Virus record (IMG/VR): IMGVR_UViG_3300045961_000282
Span: 1-64,000 of that record
Length of the DNA stretch: 64,000 nt
Reading direction: 5' to 3' (one strand)
The position numbers and the translations under genes are program-made. This document shows, one piece after another, positions 1-9,472 of this stretch. Position 1 is the first letter of the stretch; the number at the start of each line of letters is the position of its first letter. The notes beneath the pieces are model-generated. The model made no database searches. It had not been told where the DNA came from and was given only the letters and a program-made list of their open reading frames with translations.

Positions 1-373
1 ATGGTGAATGTTCTCCCCCCTCACCCCGCATATCTCACACGAATTCCCGCTGCGCTCCCTGACCAGCGCTTTTATTTCCTCCCCGATCATGCTATATTGA
101 TCTTTTGTAGCACGCCAGCACTCCAATATCCCTTGACACCGGTACCCATGCCCCGAATGCTCCCATGCCTCTTCGTCCTCGGTCCCATGGTTTCCCCTCG
201 TGTCGTGCTCGTTCCTATCGTTCCCGTCGTTCCCATGGGTTCTGTGGGTTCCGTGGGTCCCGCTCCCCTGTTCCCCTCTCTGGTCTGGTACACGTCTGCG
301 CGATGGAGGAGTACGCCCTCCCTGTGCGCGCCGCGCCTTCGCGAGAGCGTGGGGGAATGCGCACGCACGTTGA

Positions 374-390
374 GTAGCGCCGCGCGAAAG
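374..390. repeat. 17-bp direct repeat GTAGCGCCGCGCGAAAG, copy 1 (downstream of MTase gene)
   Basis: Identical to 1772-1788. Confidence 0.9.
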
Positions 391-432
391 TGGGCGTGCC
401 GCGCCGAATTCCTCACCAGCGAGGCGGATTCC

Positions 433-1749
433 TCACAACAGGTCGAACAGGCTCGGCTCGTCATCCTCGGTCTTGGTCAACTTGTGGTGCGTCACCGGGT
501 CACGCCTCTTGGATATCCGTGCCACCGTCAGGTCGAGGTACTTCTCCTCGCGCTCGATAGCGATGCAGCGCATCCCCTCCAGCACGCACGCCTCAGCCGT
601 GGTGCCGCTGCCCGCAAACGGCTCGAGGACTGCCCCCCCCTGCGGGGTCACCAGCCGCACCAACCACCTCATGAGGTCCAGCGGCTTCACCGTCACGTGG
701 GCGACCCCATCCACCACGGGCCTCTCATCAGCCCCCGCCTTGGCGGTGTAGAAGAATCGCGACGCGCCGCCGAAATCGCCGTGGTCACGGATTCCCACGT
801 TCTCCGCACCGGCTCTCTGCATTCCGTGGTCCTGCGCCCACGACCCCCCGCCGCTCTTCTTTCCTGCCGATACCTTTGCCACCCCCGTGTTCGTCCCTGA
901 CTTTCCGCTCTGCTCATCAAGGAGCGCCGCGGCTTCCGTATCCAGCGTGACATTCGCAGGCCATCTCCCGGGAGCGTCGTAATTCGTTCGCTCCACCATT
1001 GAGAAATCGCCGTACACCGCATTGCCGCCGGGTTCGGTGCCGAAGTCGGCGTGCCGGTTCTTGTCCTTGCTCTCCCGCTCATCAGCCTCGTTGGCGAACC
1101 CGATCCGGCATCCATCGATGTTCAGCGCCCCCGTGCCGTGCTCCAGTACGTTCGCGGCCACCGTTCCCGCCAGCGGCTTGCGCGCCAGCACGATGGGCTC
1201 GAACGCCGGTTTCAAGGCGGTGGCCCACCCCTGCCACTGAACGGCCCCTGAGGTGGCAGGGACAGTGTCAGCGATCTCGATGTCCGCGTACCCCTCACCG
1301 GGGTTGCCGTAGTTGCCCCCGCGCATATCGCCCGCGCGCTTGACCCGCGTCCCCACGACCTCGCGCGTCGCACCCGCCGCCTTGTCGATGGCCTTGCTCA
1401 CGTCCATTGCCTTCGGGAATCCCGAACCATACATCCATACCAGTGAGTCGCGGATCTCGAATCCTGCATCCTCGATCGCGCATGCCATCCGGTGGTAGGT
1501 CCGTGTGCCGCCGAACGAGATCAGATGTCCGCCGGGCTTGAGAACGCGCAGGCACTCGCCCCACATCGCGACGTTGTAGGCGATCCCCGTGGCGTCCCAG
1601 CCCTTGCCCATGAATCCCAACTCGTAGGGCGGGTCGGTCACCACGGAGTCCACCGAGTTGTCGGAGAGTTCCCTGAGCACCTCAAGACAGTCGCCGTGGT
1701 ACAGGGTGACGCCGTGGTTGTCATAGTGGGGGGTCAGCACAGGGGTCAT
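433..1749 (-). CDS. DNA N6-adenine/N4-cytosine methyltransferase (beta class)
   Basis: HGDCL, VTDPPY catalytic motif, RVLKPGG, H-TVKP, EPFAGSGTT SAM motif; start set at MTPVL (1749), after the upstream hairpin. Confidence 0.95.
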   Translation of the reverse strand: MTPVLTPHYDNHGVTLYHGDCLEVLRELSDNSVDSVVTDPPYELGFMGKGWDATGIAYNVAMWGECLRVLKPGGHLISFGGTRTYHRMACAIEDAGFEIRDSLVWMYGSGFPKAMDVSKAIDKAAGATREVVGTRVKRAGDMRGGNYGNPGEGYADIEIADTVPATSGAVQWQGWATALKPAFEPIVLARKPLAGTVAANVLEHGTGALNIDGCRIGFANEADERESKDKNRHADFGTEPGGNAVYGDFSMVERTNYDAPGRWPANVTLDTEAAALLDEQSGKSGTNTGVAKVSAGKKSGGGSWAQDHGMQRAGAENVGIRDHGDFGGASRFFYTAKAGADERPVVDGVAHVTVKPLDLMRWLVRLVTPQGGAVLEPFAGSGTTAEACVLEGMRCIAIEREEKYLDLTVARISKRRDPVTHHKLTKTEDDEPSLFDLL

Positions 1750-1771
1750 GCTAATACGTACGCACACGTCC

Positions 1772-1788
1772 GTAGCGCCGCGCGAAAG
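1772..1788. repeat. 17-bp direct repeat, copy 2 (upstream of MTase start)
   Basis: Identical to 374-390. Confidence 0.9.
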
Positions 1789-1789
1789 G

Positions 1790-1829
1790 AGAAGAGCCCC
1801 GGCGCCGTTCGTGGCACCGGGGCTCTTCT
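1790..1829 (-). terminator. Hairpin terminator after GHKL ATPase gene
   Basis: AGAAGAGCCCCGG...CCGGGGCTCTTCT inverted repeat just past stop at 1841. Confidence 0.8.
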
Positions 1830-1840
1830 GTTGGGGTTGG

Positions 1841-4084
1841 TCACGCGGCCCGCTTGGCACGCACCGCCTTCTTCAGCGAACCGAGGAACCCGGCAGCGAT
1901 CTGCTTCTGCGGGTAGTACCCACGCAGCGAGTTGGAGAAGTTGAACGGCTTGACCGCCTCGTCCATCATCTCGACAGTCACGCCGTCGGTGGGGTCCCAC
2001 ACTCGCGCGACGGGGTCCCACTTGCCCTGCGCCAACAGGTGGGCAGCGACGGCCTGTGCGCAGGCCATGTAGGAGCCCTTGACCGCCTTCTCGACGGCCC
2101 ACGCCTGCGCCGGGCCGTACTCAGCCTGCTTGTCCTGCACCGCCGCATAGATCACGGGGCTCTCCCCATCGACCCACTCGTCGGGCTTGGTGTACGGCGC
2201 GCCGTCGTGGAACTTGCGATCCGCCGGGGCGACTTCGGGGTCATGGCCCTTGAGCCACACCACTCCCGAAGTGCCGCTGCCCGCCATGCCCGGCAGACGG
2301 AACAGGGCCACGGCCCCGCGTGCCTCATCAGATGCCCACTCGGGGTGGTCACCGGGAACCCAGTGCACCTCGGGCAGCGCCGCTGTCACGACGGCCTTGG
2401 TCGCCCGCTTCCCGGTTGCCGTGATCTCGCCACCCTTGCGGTCACCCTCTGCGTCGGGCGTGGCGGGCGGGTTCGGATTCGGCTCGCCCCGCTTGCCACC
2501 CGTGCGCGGGTTGCGCCGCCGGAAGCCGGTCGTCCCGGTGGTGCGGACCTTCGGCTTCTTCCCGCCGATGATGGCGATCTCGCGAGTCAGTGCGCCCTTG
2601 AGCGCCTCCGCGATCCGCGAGGTCGTCTTGGCGTCCAGCGCCGAGGCGCCCGACGTGCCCGAGGCCCAAGCGGCGTCGAGCAGCGCACGGATCGCGGGGG
2701 GGAACTTCGCGTCGGACTGGAAGTCCCTGCCCCACTCGCGCATCAGGGTCTCGATCGGCTCCGAGTGACGGAACGTCGAAGTGGCCACAAGGTGCGAGCG
2801 CGACGGGTCCATGCCCACGCCGGGTACCAGCGGCTCGCCGGTGTCCCGGTTCGCCGGGCGGTAGACCTGCGGGGTGATGGTCATCCAGACCTGCTCCTGA
2901 ACGCTGCCCGCGTCGATGCCGAACTGGCGGAACCGGGGGTTCGCGTCGGCCTCGCTGACAAAGTCCATCACGTCATACAGGCCCAACTTGGACGCCGCCG
3001 ACACGGCCATGATCGTCCCGACGCCGCCGGGGTTGATCTCCGTGGAGGAGCCACCCTTGCGGACAGAGCCCGAGGCAAGTGTCGAGGCGAACTTCGTGAT
3101 GACCCAGTCCACCGTCGCGGGGATGCCGTCGGCAGAGGTGACCGCCACCGATCCTTTGTCCACGAGGAACGTCGGGTTGTAGAGGTGCGACTTCAAGCCC
3201 TTGATGAACCGCCACTGGGTACGCTTGTGGCCTCCCGAACCATACTTCTTCGGGATCAGGGTCTCGTCATCTTCGGACTTGGGCCACTCGGACTTCTCGG
3301 TCCAGATGCGGAACTCCAGCGCCCGCACGGTGATCGTGTCGGGCACGTCCCAGATGCGCGACTCGAGATACTTGGCTAGTCCGTACTTGCTGGACTCGGC
3401 CTCGCGCTCGGGGTCACCGAGGATGGTGTCGTTGGTGCCGTCGCCCATGAACACCACGGCAGTTCCGGTATCGGGATCCCCCAAGTTGTCGAACGCCTCA
3501 TCCATGACCTCCTGCCAGTCGGTTCCCTCGTCGAACGGGAGAGTGCCCGCCTCGTCGAAGAACAGGACCTGCGGGCGGTGAATGGAGCGACGCACGACCT
3601 CGTCGTCGTCGTTGAGGCCCCATAGGCGCAGCAGCCCGTACTCACCGACGGAGTCGTCGCGAACATAGATCGCGATGGCGTCGCCGTCCTCGACGGTGCG
3701 GGTCAGGTACACCACGCCCGCCGGGTTGAAGTAGGCCGAGGCAACCTTGGCGCCCTGCCCGAGGTTGTCCGCGCTGCCGCCGCCACGCGTCGAACGCCCG
3801 CCTCCGATCTTGTTGATGCAGTCGCTCAACTCGCTGCGGGTCATCCCGCTTCCGTTGTCGGCGATCATCCGGCGGTAGATGTTGCGGTTGCGGGCGGTGA
3901 CGAAGTCGGCGGTGAACGACACGAGCGTCGCGCCAGCCTCGATGGAGTTGAAGCCGAACTCACGCGCCCACTGGTACGCGCGGCCCATGGAGTAGGCCAT
4001 CTCGATCATGATTGCGTTCTGCCCGAACGTGGTGTGCTCCACGTCCGAGTAGGTGTGTGGCTTTGCCACAGTCGTTACTGTCAT
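1841..4084 (-). CDS. GHKL (HSP90/MORC/rIIA-like) ATPase-domain protein
   Basis: REFGFNSIEA (N box), IADNGSGM (G1 box), NLGQGAK (G2 box); long unrecognised C-terminus. Confidence 0.8.
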   Translation of the reverse strand: MTVTTVAKPHTYSDVEHTTFGQNAIMIEMAYSMGRAYQWAREFGFNSIEAGATLVSFTADFVTARNRNIYRRMIADNGSGMTRSELSDCINKIGGGRSTRGGGSADNLGQGAKVASAYFNPAGVVYLTRTVEDGDAIAIYVRDDSVGEYGLLRLWGLNDDDEVVRRSIHRPQVLFFDEAGTLPFDEGTDWQEVMDEAFDNLGDPDTGTAVVFMGDGTNDTILGDPEREAESSKYGLAKYLESRIWDVPDTITVRALEFRIWTEKSEWPKSEDDETLIPKKYGSGGHKRTQWRFIKGLKSHLYNPTFLVDKGSVAVTSADGIPATVDWVITKFASTLASGSVRKGGSSTEINPGGVGTIMAVSAASKLGLYDVMDFVSEADANPRFRQFGIDAGSVQEQVWMTITPQVYRPANRDTGEPLVPGVGMDPSRSHLVATSTFRHSEPIETLMREWGRDFQSDAKFPPAIRALLDAAWASGTSGASALDAKTTSRIAEALKGALTREIAIIGGKKPKVRTTGTTGFRRRNPRTGGKRGEPNPNPPATPDAEGDRKGGEITATGKRATKAVVTAALPEVHWVPGDHPEWASDEARGAVALFRLPGMAGSGTSGVVWLKGHDPEVAPADRKFHDGAPYTKPDEWVDGESPVIYAAVQDKQAEYGPAQAWAVEKAVKGSYMACAQAVAAHLLAQGKWDPVARVWDPTDGVTVEMMDEAVKPFNFSNSLRGYYPQKQIAAGFLGSLKKAVRAKRAA

Positions 4085-4256
4085 TTGTTCTGTTATCCGT
4101 TTCCCGTGGTTCCGGGCCACACGGTGTGGTCCGGCGAGTGGGTCACGGCGCAGTGCGTCGCGTCCCGGGGTGCCACTAGCAGCCGAATATGCGTGGCTAG
4201 CCCAGCGTATCACGCCGGAGTCGAATCAGAAATGCGTCAGCAATCGGTGGCGGGGG

Positions 4257-4673
4257 TCACCGGCAGGTGTGCGGCGAACCATAGTCACACCCGCAATCCT
4301 CCTCATCCCACCAGTCCAACTCACGCGCTTCCTCCGCCGTGAGCCGCCGCGCCGAGCCGGGGATCTCCTCCCCGAATTCGTGCATCCGGCAGAACACCTC
4401 GTAGAGCACCGTGCGCACCGTGCGGGGGTAGTAGTCCTCGCCCTGTTCCTCAGCGTCGGCTTGGGCCTGTTCGTCATCCCAGAACGGCCAGCGCCGGTCC
4501 AGCCAGTCCGGGGTGCAGCACCCGCACAGCCGCGTGCGAGCCATCGCCTCACCGACGACCTCCTTGAGCGCGCCGCGCCAACCGAGGGCCTCGGTCCATT
4601 CCCGCACGGCCTTGACCTCGCGCATCTCCCCGCGCACGGTGCGGTGGAGCCGAGGGGGGATGGTGATGTTCAT
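4257..4673 (-). CDS. hypothetical protein
   Basis: Last gene of coupled minus-strand operon; natural protein composition. Confidence 0.7.
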   Translation of the reverse strand: MNITIPPRLHRTVRGEMREVKAVREWTEALGWRGALKEVVGEAMARTRLCGCCTPDWLDRRWPFWDDEQAQADAEEQGEDYYPRTVRTVLYEVFCRMHEFGEEIPGSARRLTAEEARELDWWDEEDCGCDYGSPHTCR

Positions 4674-4682
4674 GTCCCCATT

Positions 4683-5069
4683 CTACCGACGCGATTTCCT
4701 CGGCGGTCCCTGCGGGAACTTGATGAAGTCGCGATTCTCGGCGAAGAACAGCAGCATGTCCACCCGCGTCTTGGCCTCGGCGCAGACCTTGTGGAACTCG
4801 CGGTCGTCTTGGTCGAACGCCCGGCTGGCCATCTCGTCGGTGAACACCCGCAGCGTGCGCACGTTGCACAGGAAGCCGCCCTCGGCCTCCTGTGCCGGGG
4901 GGATGATCAGCGCCTTGTCCAGCGCCCTGTCCAGCGCCACCGTGAGGTCGCGCAGTGCGGCGAGCACGTCGCGCAGCCTGTTCACGCTCCCGGCCCTGCG
5001 CGCCTGCTGCGCGAAGTCGACGTGCTGGCCGATCAGGTTCAGGTGCCCTTCGATCTGCTCGTTCATCAT
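4683..5069 (-). CDS. hypothetical protein
   Basis: ATGA overlap with upstream gene. Confidence 0.7.
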   Translation of the reverse strand: MMNEQIEGHLNLIGQHVDFAQQARRAGSVNRLRDVLAALRDLTVALDRALDKALIIPPAQEAEGGFLCNVRTLRVFTDEMASRAFDQDDREFHKVCAEAKTRVDMLLFFAENRDFIKFPQGPPRKSRR

Positions 5070-5452
5070 GCCGATCGCCGAGCGGGGAACTCGATGAGGT
5101 CGGTGACCGCCGTGCGCGTGCGCAAGGACCGGACCCGATCCAGCGCATCGGCATGCAGCGCCGTGAAAAGGGCCCGCTCGCAATTAGGTTTCCGGACGTT
5201 CCCGAACAGAATTTCGAGTTCGTTATTGAGCGACCCCGCGCTCTGCACGAAACTGAATTCATGGATCGGCCCGATCCCGACGACCACCGATTCGCCGAGC
5301 AGCCGCTGGAATCCTGCCATCATCGTCACGGCCCCGCGGATGCTGAACCGGACCCCGTCCATGTCGTCGTCCTCCCAGTAGTCGCTGGCCGCCTGCAGGT
5401 CGGCCTCGATGTTGCCCAGCAGGATCTGCGCGGTCTCGGTCCCGCTGTTCAT
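5066..5452 (-). CDS. hypothetical protein
   Basis: ATGA overlap. Confidence 0.7.
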   Translation of the reverse strand: MNSGTETAQILLGNIEADLQAASDYWEDDDMDGVRFSIRGAVTMMAGFQRLLGESVVVGIGPIHEFSFVQSAGSLNNELEILFGNVRKPNCERALFTALHADALDRVRSLRTRTAVTDLIEFPARRSA

Positions 5453-5802
5453 CGCGGCTCCATGGGGAACGCATGGAACTCGATGCCCTCGGCCGACTCC
5501 AGCGTGAGCGCGAGGGATCGCTGCGCTTGGCCGCAGCGCTTCGCGAACTCCTTCTGCCCCGGGGTGGCGCGCAGCAGCCCGAGCATCGCGTCCAGATACA
5601 GCAGGGCCTCGGCGAACTTCTCCACCGCGTCCAGTTGACCGATGGCCAGATGCCGGTTCACCTCGCCCATGGCGTCGCGGACGTGTGCGAGGGCCACCTC
5701 GGCGTGGTCGCGTGCGATGGACAGCCCGCCGCCCACGTTGGCCACCGCGGCGTCGTCGAGCAGCCCCGCGATGGGCGCCAGCGCCGCGCGCGGGCCCGTC
5801 AT
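5449..5802 (-). CDS. hypothetical protein
   Basis: ATGA overlap. Confidence 0.7.
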   Translation of the reverse strand: MTGPRAALAPIAGLLDDAAVANVGGGLSIARDHAEVALAHVRDAMGEVNRHLAIGQLDAVEKFAEALLYLDAMLGLLRATPGQKEFAKRCGQAQRSLALTLESAEGIEFHAFPMEPR

Positions 5803-6338
5803 CCCGCCGCGGCGAACAGGTCAGTCAGCCGGTCGGGAACCGCCTCGGTGACCTGCGGGGACATCTGGGTCAGCCACGCCAGCATCTGGGTCGCCGGGAA
5901 CGGGGCATCCTCGTCGCTGGTGCCCATATCCACGAAGCCCCCCGCGCCCGAGCGCCAGACCGTCCACCCGCCCGCTGGGTCCACGGCCACGTCGAGGCTC
6001 TCCCCGTTGACCAGCCACGTCACGAACAGCGTGCCGTCGTCGTCCACGGAGGGCTGCGGCGTCGGCGAGGTGATCCGCAGCACCGGGGCCAGCAGGTCGC
6101 GGGCGGCCTGCAGCGCCAACACGGTGCCGGTGGAAACCATACGAACCGTCTCGCCGGTCTCGGCATCAACGACCTGCCAGCCCACCGGGTTCACCACGCA
6201 CAGCCGAACGGCATCGGCCAGCGCCGCGTGCAGGTCGGCGTACTCCGCGCCGCGCGGAACCCCGGCGTTGTCGCACGAGATGCCCTCGTACCCGCGCTGC
6301 GTATACGTGCGCGTCGCCTTGATCAGGTGCAGCCTCAT
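5799..6338 (-). CDS. hypothetical protein
   Basis: Start MRLHL with GGAGG RBS and ATGA overlap. Confidence 0.7.
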   Translation of the reverse strand: MRLHLIKATRTYTQRGYEGISCDNAGVPRGAEYADLHAALADAVRLCVVNPVGWQVVDAETGETVRMVSTGTVLALQAARDLLAPVLRITSPTPQPSVDDDGTLFVTWLVNGESLDVAVDPAGGWTVWRSGAGGFVDMGTSDEDAPFPATQMLAWLTQMSPQVTEAVPDRLTDLFAAAG

Positions 6339-6619
6339 GCTTCCTCCCACGAATCGTCCCAGTGCTCCCCCTCGGCGAACAGCAGCCGTACGCGCGTGCC
6401 CCAGCCCGCCGCGCGGAACAGGCTCTCGGGCGTGCAGTCGAACACGTATACATCCCCGTCCGGGCGCATCACCAGCAGTGCCCACGGGTTGTGCCACGAC
6501 ACCGCCTCGCGAATCCGCTGGTGCCATGCCGTCATGCTCGCCGGGTCGGTGCGCCACGTGTCGGACGGGAACTCCAGCACCGGCCCATCGGCATGCAGGG
6601 TCAGGTCCATGTCAGCCAT
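6335..6619 (-). CDS. hypothetical protein
   Basis: Coupled ORF MADMDL. Confidence 0.65.
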   Translation of the reverse strand: MADMDLTLHADGPVLEFPSDTWRTDPASMTAWHQRIREAVSWHNPWALLVMRPDGDVYVFDCTPESLFRAAGWGTRVRLLFAEGEHWDDSWEEA

Positions 6620-6980
6620 CCTCATCCCCCGAGGCCGAGAGCGGGTAGATCCCCAGCGGAATCCGCTTGCCCTTGTAGCGCTCGTTCGCCTGCGATCTGC
6701 GCTGTATCTGGAAGTCAATCCGCAGGCCCGATGCTCGGACATAGTGATCGGTGATGCTCACCTCGATGAAGTCGGCCAGCGGGTGCCGCGCCCGGCTCGG
6801 GAACAGCCGGTCGTACTCCTCATCGGCGAGCATCACCCGGATGTCCACGTCGCGGAAGTCGGCACGCTCAAGGGCGGACCCCACGAGGTAGGGGGTATCC
6901 AGCGCCTCCCTGACCACGAACGAGGCGAGGTCGATTTTGGCCAGTTCAGGGGCGTCGATGAAGCACCACTTGTCAGCCAT
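6612..6980 (-). CDS. minimal nucleotidyltransferase (Pol beta superfamily)
   Basis: YLVGS...RDVDIR motif plus distal IDFQ. Confidence 0.75.
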   Translation of the reverse strand: MADKWCFIDAPELAKIDLASFVVREALDTPYLVGSALERADFRDVDIRVMLADEEYDRLFPSRARHPLADFIEVSITDHYVRASGLRIDFQIQRRSQANERYKGKRIPLGIYPLSASGDEDG

Positions 6981-7332
6981 CGATGCCCCCGATCCGGCGA
7001 ATCTCGGCCTCGATGTCATTGAGCATGTCGTGCTCACGGGCATCCATGCACCAGTGGGCCACATCGCCGGACCCCGCGGGGTCGTAGATCTTGTGCCAAC
7101 TGGCGACGTATGTCGCGATCTCCTCCGTGAGGGCGCGGCGGATGTCCGGCTCGGTGTCGGCGCAGCAGAACTCCAACGCCCTCGCCTGCTCCTCGGCGCG
7201 GATCACCGGCTCGATGGCATCGATCACCGCCTCGGCGAAATCCCAGTCGCTGTCGGCGTGGCCAACAATCCCCTTGCTCCGGTTGGCGACGATGCCCCGG
7301 ACTGCGATCTCCACCAGTTCCTGCCGGTTCAC
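6973..7332 (-). CDS. modular array protein (B-like and C modules)
   Basis: RQELVEIA ... EPVIRAEEQ. Confidence 0.7.
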   Translation of the reverse strand: MNRQELVEIAVRGIVANRSKGIVGHADSDWDFAEAVIDAIEPVIRAEEQARALEFCCADTEPDIRRALTEEIATYVASWHKIYDPAGSGDVAHWCMDAREHDMLNDIEAEIRRIGGIDG

Positions 7333-7679
7333 TCCACTCCCCCGATCTGTCGCACGTCCCAATCCACCACTCGCAGCGCGGCTGCATAGCCTTCGCGGTA
7401 CCGCTCGTCGGCGCCGAGCCGCGTCGATTCCACGTGCCTCTTCTCGATGGCCTGCACCATCTCCTCGGTCAGGTGCCGACGCTCCCTTGCAATGAACGAC
7501 GGGTCGCGCCACCCCAGTTCGATCATCTGCAACTGCACGGCAGGCTCGACCAGCGCGACGATCCGTTGGGCGATCGCGTCCGACGCGGCCCGGATTCCCT
7601 CCTTGTCGGTGATGTCCGAGAACAGGATCACCGACGCAGCCTCGCGCGACGCAGCCTCGATCAGTTCCTCGCGCGTCAC
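7329..7679 (-). CDS. modular array protein (B-like module)
   Basis: TREELIEAA; GTGA overlap. Confidence 0.7.
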   Translation of the reverse strand: MTREELIEAASREAASVILFSDITDKEGIRAASDAIAQRIVALVEPAVQLQMIELGWRDPSFIARERRHLTEEMVQAIEKRHVESTRLGADERYREGYAAALRVVDWDVRQIGGVE

Positions 7680-8068
7680 GGTGCGCCCCCTGCCCTGTGA
7701 ACGATGTCGGCATAGGTGCTGCACCGACAGGTGTAATCGTAATGCAGCAACTTGAATGGGCACTCGTCAACTACGGCCTTGCCGATTCGCTCTGTGACGG
7801 CGCTGCGCTCCTCGCTCAACAGGGTCGCAGCGATGTCGTTGGGGCTCCACAGGCATGAGCAGAGGTAGTTCAGCCCAGTGTCGTCCATCTCCCCGACGCC
7901 GCACGGCCCGCCGGGATTGGTGCCGTGCGGATCTATCCCATGCGAGCACGAAGGACACGTCACCACCGGCAGCGAGAATGGCTGGGGCGGGGCGGCAGAG
8001 CGCTCCCGTGCGCACCATGAACAGGGGCAGTCGGGATCGTGCGGGCCATCCATCGACGCGCGCCTCAT
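7676..8068 (-). CDS. Cys/His-rich small protein
   Basis: HDPDCPC, CPSCSH, CSC motifs; ATGA overlap. Confidence 0.65.
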   Translation of the reverse strand: MRRASMDGPHDPDCPCSWCARERSAAPPQPFSLPVVTCPSCSHGIDPHGTNPGGPCGVGEMDDTGLNYLCSCLWSPNDIAATLLSEERSAVTERIGKAVVDECPFKLLHYDYTCRCSTYADIVHRAGGAP

Positions 8069-8232
8069 TGCGCCACGCTCTGTCCGCGCTCCCACACCAC
8101 CGGATACTGCTGCCACGGCAGGTCCAGCAGCACCTTGATCACGAAGTCGGCGTCGACCGCGATGGCCGCGGTGAGGTTCGTGTAGATGCCGCACGGCGGC
8201 TCGCGGTCGTAGCAGGCGGCGTACAGGGCCAT
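8065..8232 (-). CDS. hypothetical protein
   Basis: MALYAAC; coupled. Confidence 0.55.
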   Translation of the reverse strand: MALYAACYDREPPCGIYTNLTAAIAVDADFVIKVLLDLPWQQYPVVWERGQSVAQ

Positions 8233-8405
8233 CAGTTCTCCCGTTCGGATGAGTTGGACAGGGCAGCGAAGAACCAGTCGGAATCTGGCGGCGCCGGGCG
8301 CTTGGCGCGCCTGCGGTCGGCGAACGCGAACAATACGCCCGAGACGAAGTCCCACACGATCACCAGCAGCGCCAGCGCCGCGACCAGCATGAGCAACTCG
8401 ATCAC
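8232..8405 (-). CDS. small membrane protein (57 aa, below ORF-track cutoff)
   Basis: MIELLMLVAALALLVIVWDFVSGVLFAF hydrophobic stretch; overlaps neighbours at both ends. Confidence 0.6.
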   Translation of the reverse strand: MIELLMLVAALALLVIVWDFVSGVLFAFADRRRAKRPAPPDSDWFFAALSNSSEREN

Positions 8406-8695
8406 AGCACCACCGCTTCCTCATCGTCATCGGCACTCAGCAGGTCCAGCACCTGACCCCGGACCCAGCGGGCCTCCGGGGTGTCGGCGGTCAGGGAACG
8501 CACCTTCGCGCGCAGCCCGATCAGGTCAGCGGTGAGCCGCCGGTTCGTCTGCTCCCAGAAGGAGATGGCCAGATCGGCCCGGTGCTTCTCGGCCTCGCGG
8601 GCGGCGTCGAGGTAGGAGCAGATGCACAGCACCGCCTCGTCGCCGGTCCCCACCTTGGCCATGTGGTCAAGGCACGCGGATTGATGTTCACTCAT
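8402..8695 (-). CDS. modular array protein (A+D+E)
   Basis: HQSAC..CIC; GLRAKVRSL; VLDLL..DEEA. Confidence 0.75.
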   Translation of the reverse strand: MSEHQSACLDHMAKVGTGDEAVLCICSYLDAAREAEKHRADLAISFWEQTNRRLTADLIGLRAKVRSLTADTPEARWVRGQVLDLLSADDDEEAVVL

Positions 8696-8883
8696 CGCTT
8701 GGGTTCCTCTGTCGTTGGCGGGGCAACCAGTAGGGTCGCGCGGTAGGTCGGTTCCGACGGGCAGCCGTTGGCCGCGCACCACTTGGCCAGCCGTCGCGCG
8801 GCGATGTCCGGCGGGAAACCGCGGCCATCCGGGGCGACCTGCACAACTCGACCACACAGGCGGCATGTCTGCGTGGCCATCAC
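8692..8883 (-). CDS. small Cys-motif protein
   Basis: CRLCG...CAANGC; coupled. Confidence 0.6.
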   Translation of the reverse strand: MMATQTCRLCGRVVQVAPDGRGFPPDIAARRLAKWCAANGCPSEPTYRATLLVAPPTTEEPKR

Positions 8884-9146
8884 AGGGCCTCATCGAACAC
8901 GGCAAGGACGCGCTGGTATCCGATGACTCCCAACCCACGGGGCAACGCCTCCACCTTCGCCCGCAGGTCTGCGCGGGTGGCCTCCACGATCCGCACTCGT
9001 TCCTCCAGCGTGAGCCCCGGCCCCTCGCGGACAGCGCGCCCCCGTTCGTCGGCGCGGATGCGGGCCACCCGTTCGCAGTCGCAGAACCGCGTCAGGTCGT
9101 CGGGCAGGAACTCCTGCGAGATGCACATCAGGTCGTGGTCACTCAT
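8880..9146 (-). CDS. modular array protein (A+C+D+E)
   Basis: HDLMC..CDC; IRADER; DLRAKVEAL; VLAVFDEA. Confidence 0.85.
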   Translation of the reverse strand: MSDHDLMCISQEFLPDDLTRFCDCERVARIRADERGRAVREGPGLTLEERVRIVEATRADLRAKVEALPRGLGVIGYQRVLAVFDEAL

Positions 9147-9472
9147 CGCCCTGATCTCCTCAGTTCATCCAGCACGGAATCGTGCGCCGACTTCCACACG
9201 TCCCGGATCAGCGCGTCGGCGGGCCGGGCGCGGTCGTCCGGGTCCGGCCCCTCGTGCATCCATGCGAGCAGGTGGAACGAGTCCATCCCGAGGAACGGCG
9301 GCGTGAGGTCTCGGGCGGCTGCCGCAGCGTCCTCCGCCCGTTGCCGCTCGCGCTCCACCACGCGAGCGATCAGGGCGCAGACGCATCCGAACTCGTGTGC
9401 ATAGCACAGCGGGTCATGGGCGAGTGTCTGCGACAGGTACTCGTCCCGCACCCACTTCTTGTCGGCGCTCAC
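9143..9472 (-). CDS. modular array protein (A)
   Basis: HDPLC..CVCALIARVVERER. Confidence 0.8.
   Translation of the reverse strand: MSADKKWVRDEYLSQTLAHDPLCYAHEFGCVCALIARVVERERQRAEDAAAAARDLTPPFLGMDSFHLLAWMHEGPDPDDRARPADALIRDVWKSAHDSVLDELRRSGR

Noticed and set aside
1748-3379. Long plus-strand ORFs (e.g. 1-900, 1748-3379, 4053-5381, 28288-29985) and minus 24847-26430
   Set aside because: They are antisense shadows of GC-rich genes, Arg/Pro/Ala-rich with no motifs.
433-4084. Complete restriction-modification system (MTase + ATPase)
   Set aside because: No recognisable endonuclease, and a terminator hairpin separates the two genes; kept only as separate findings.
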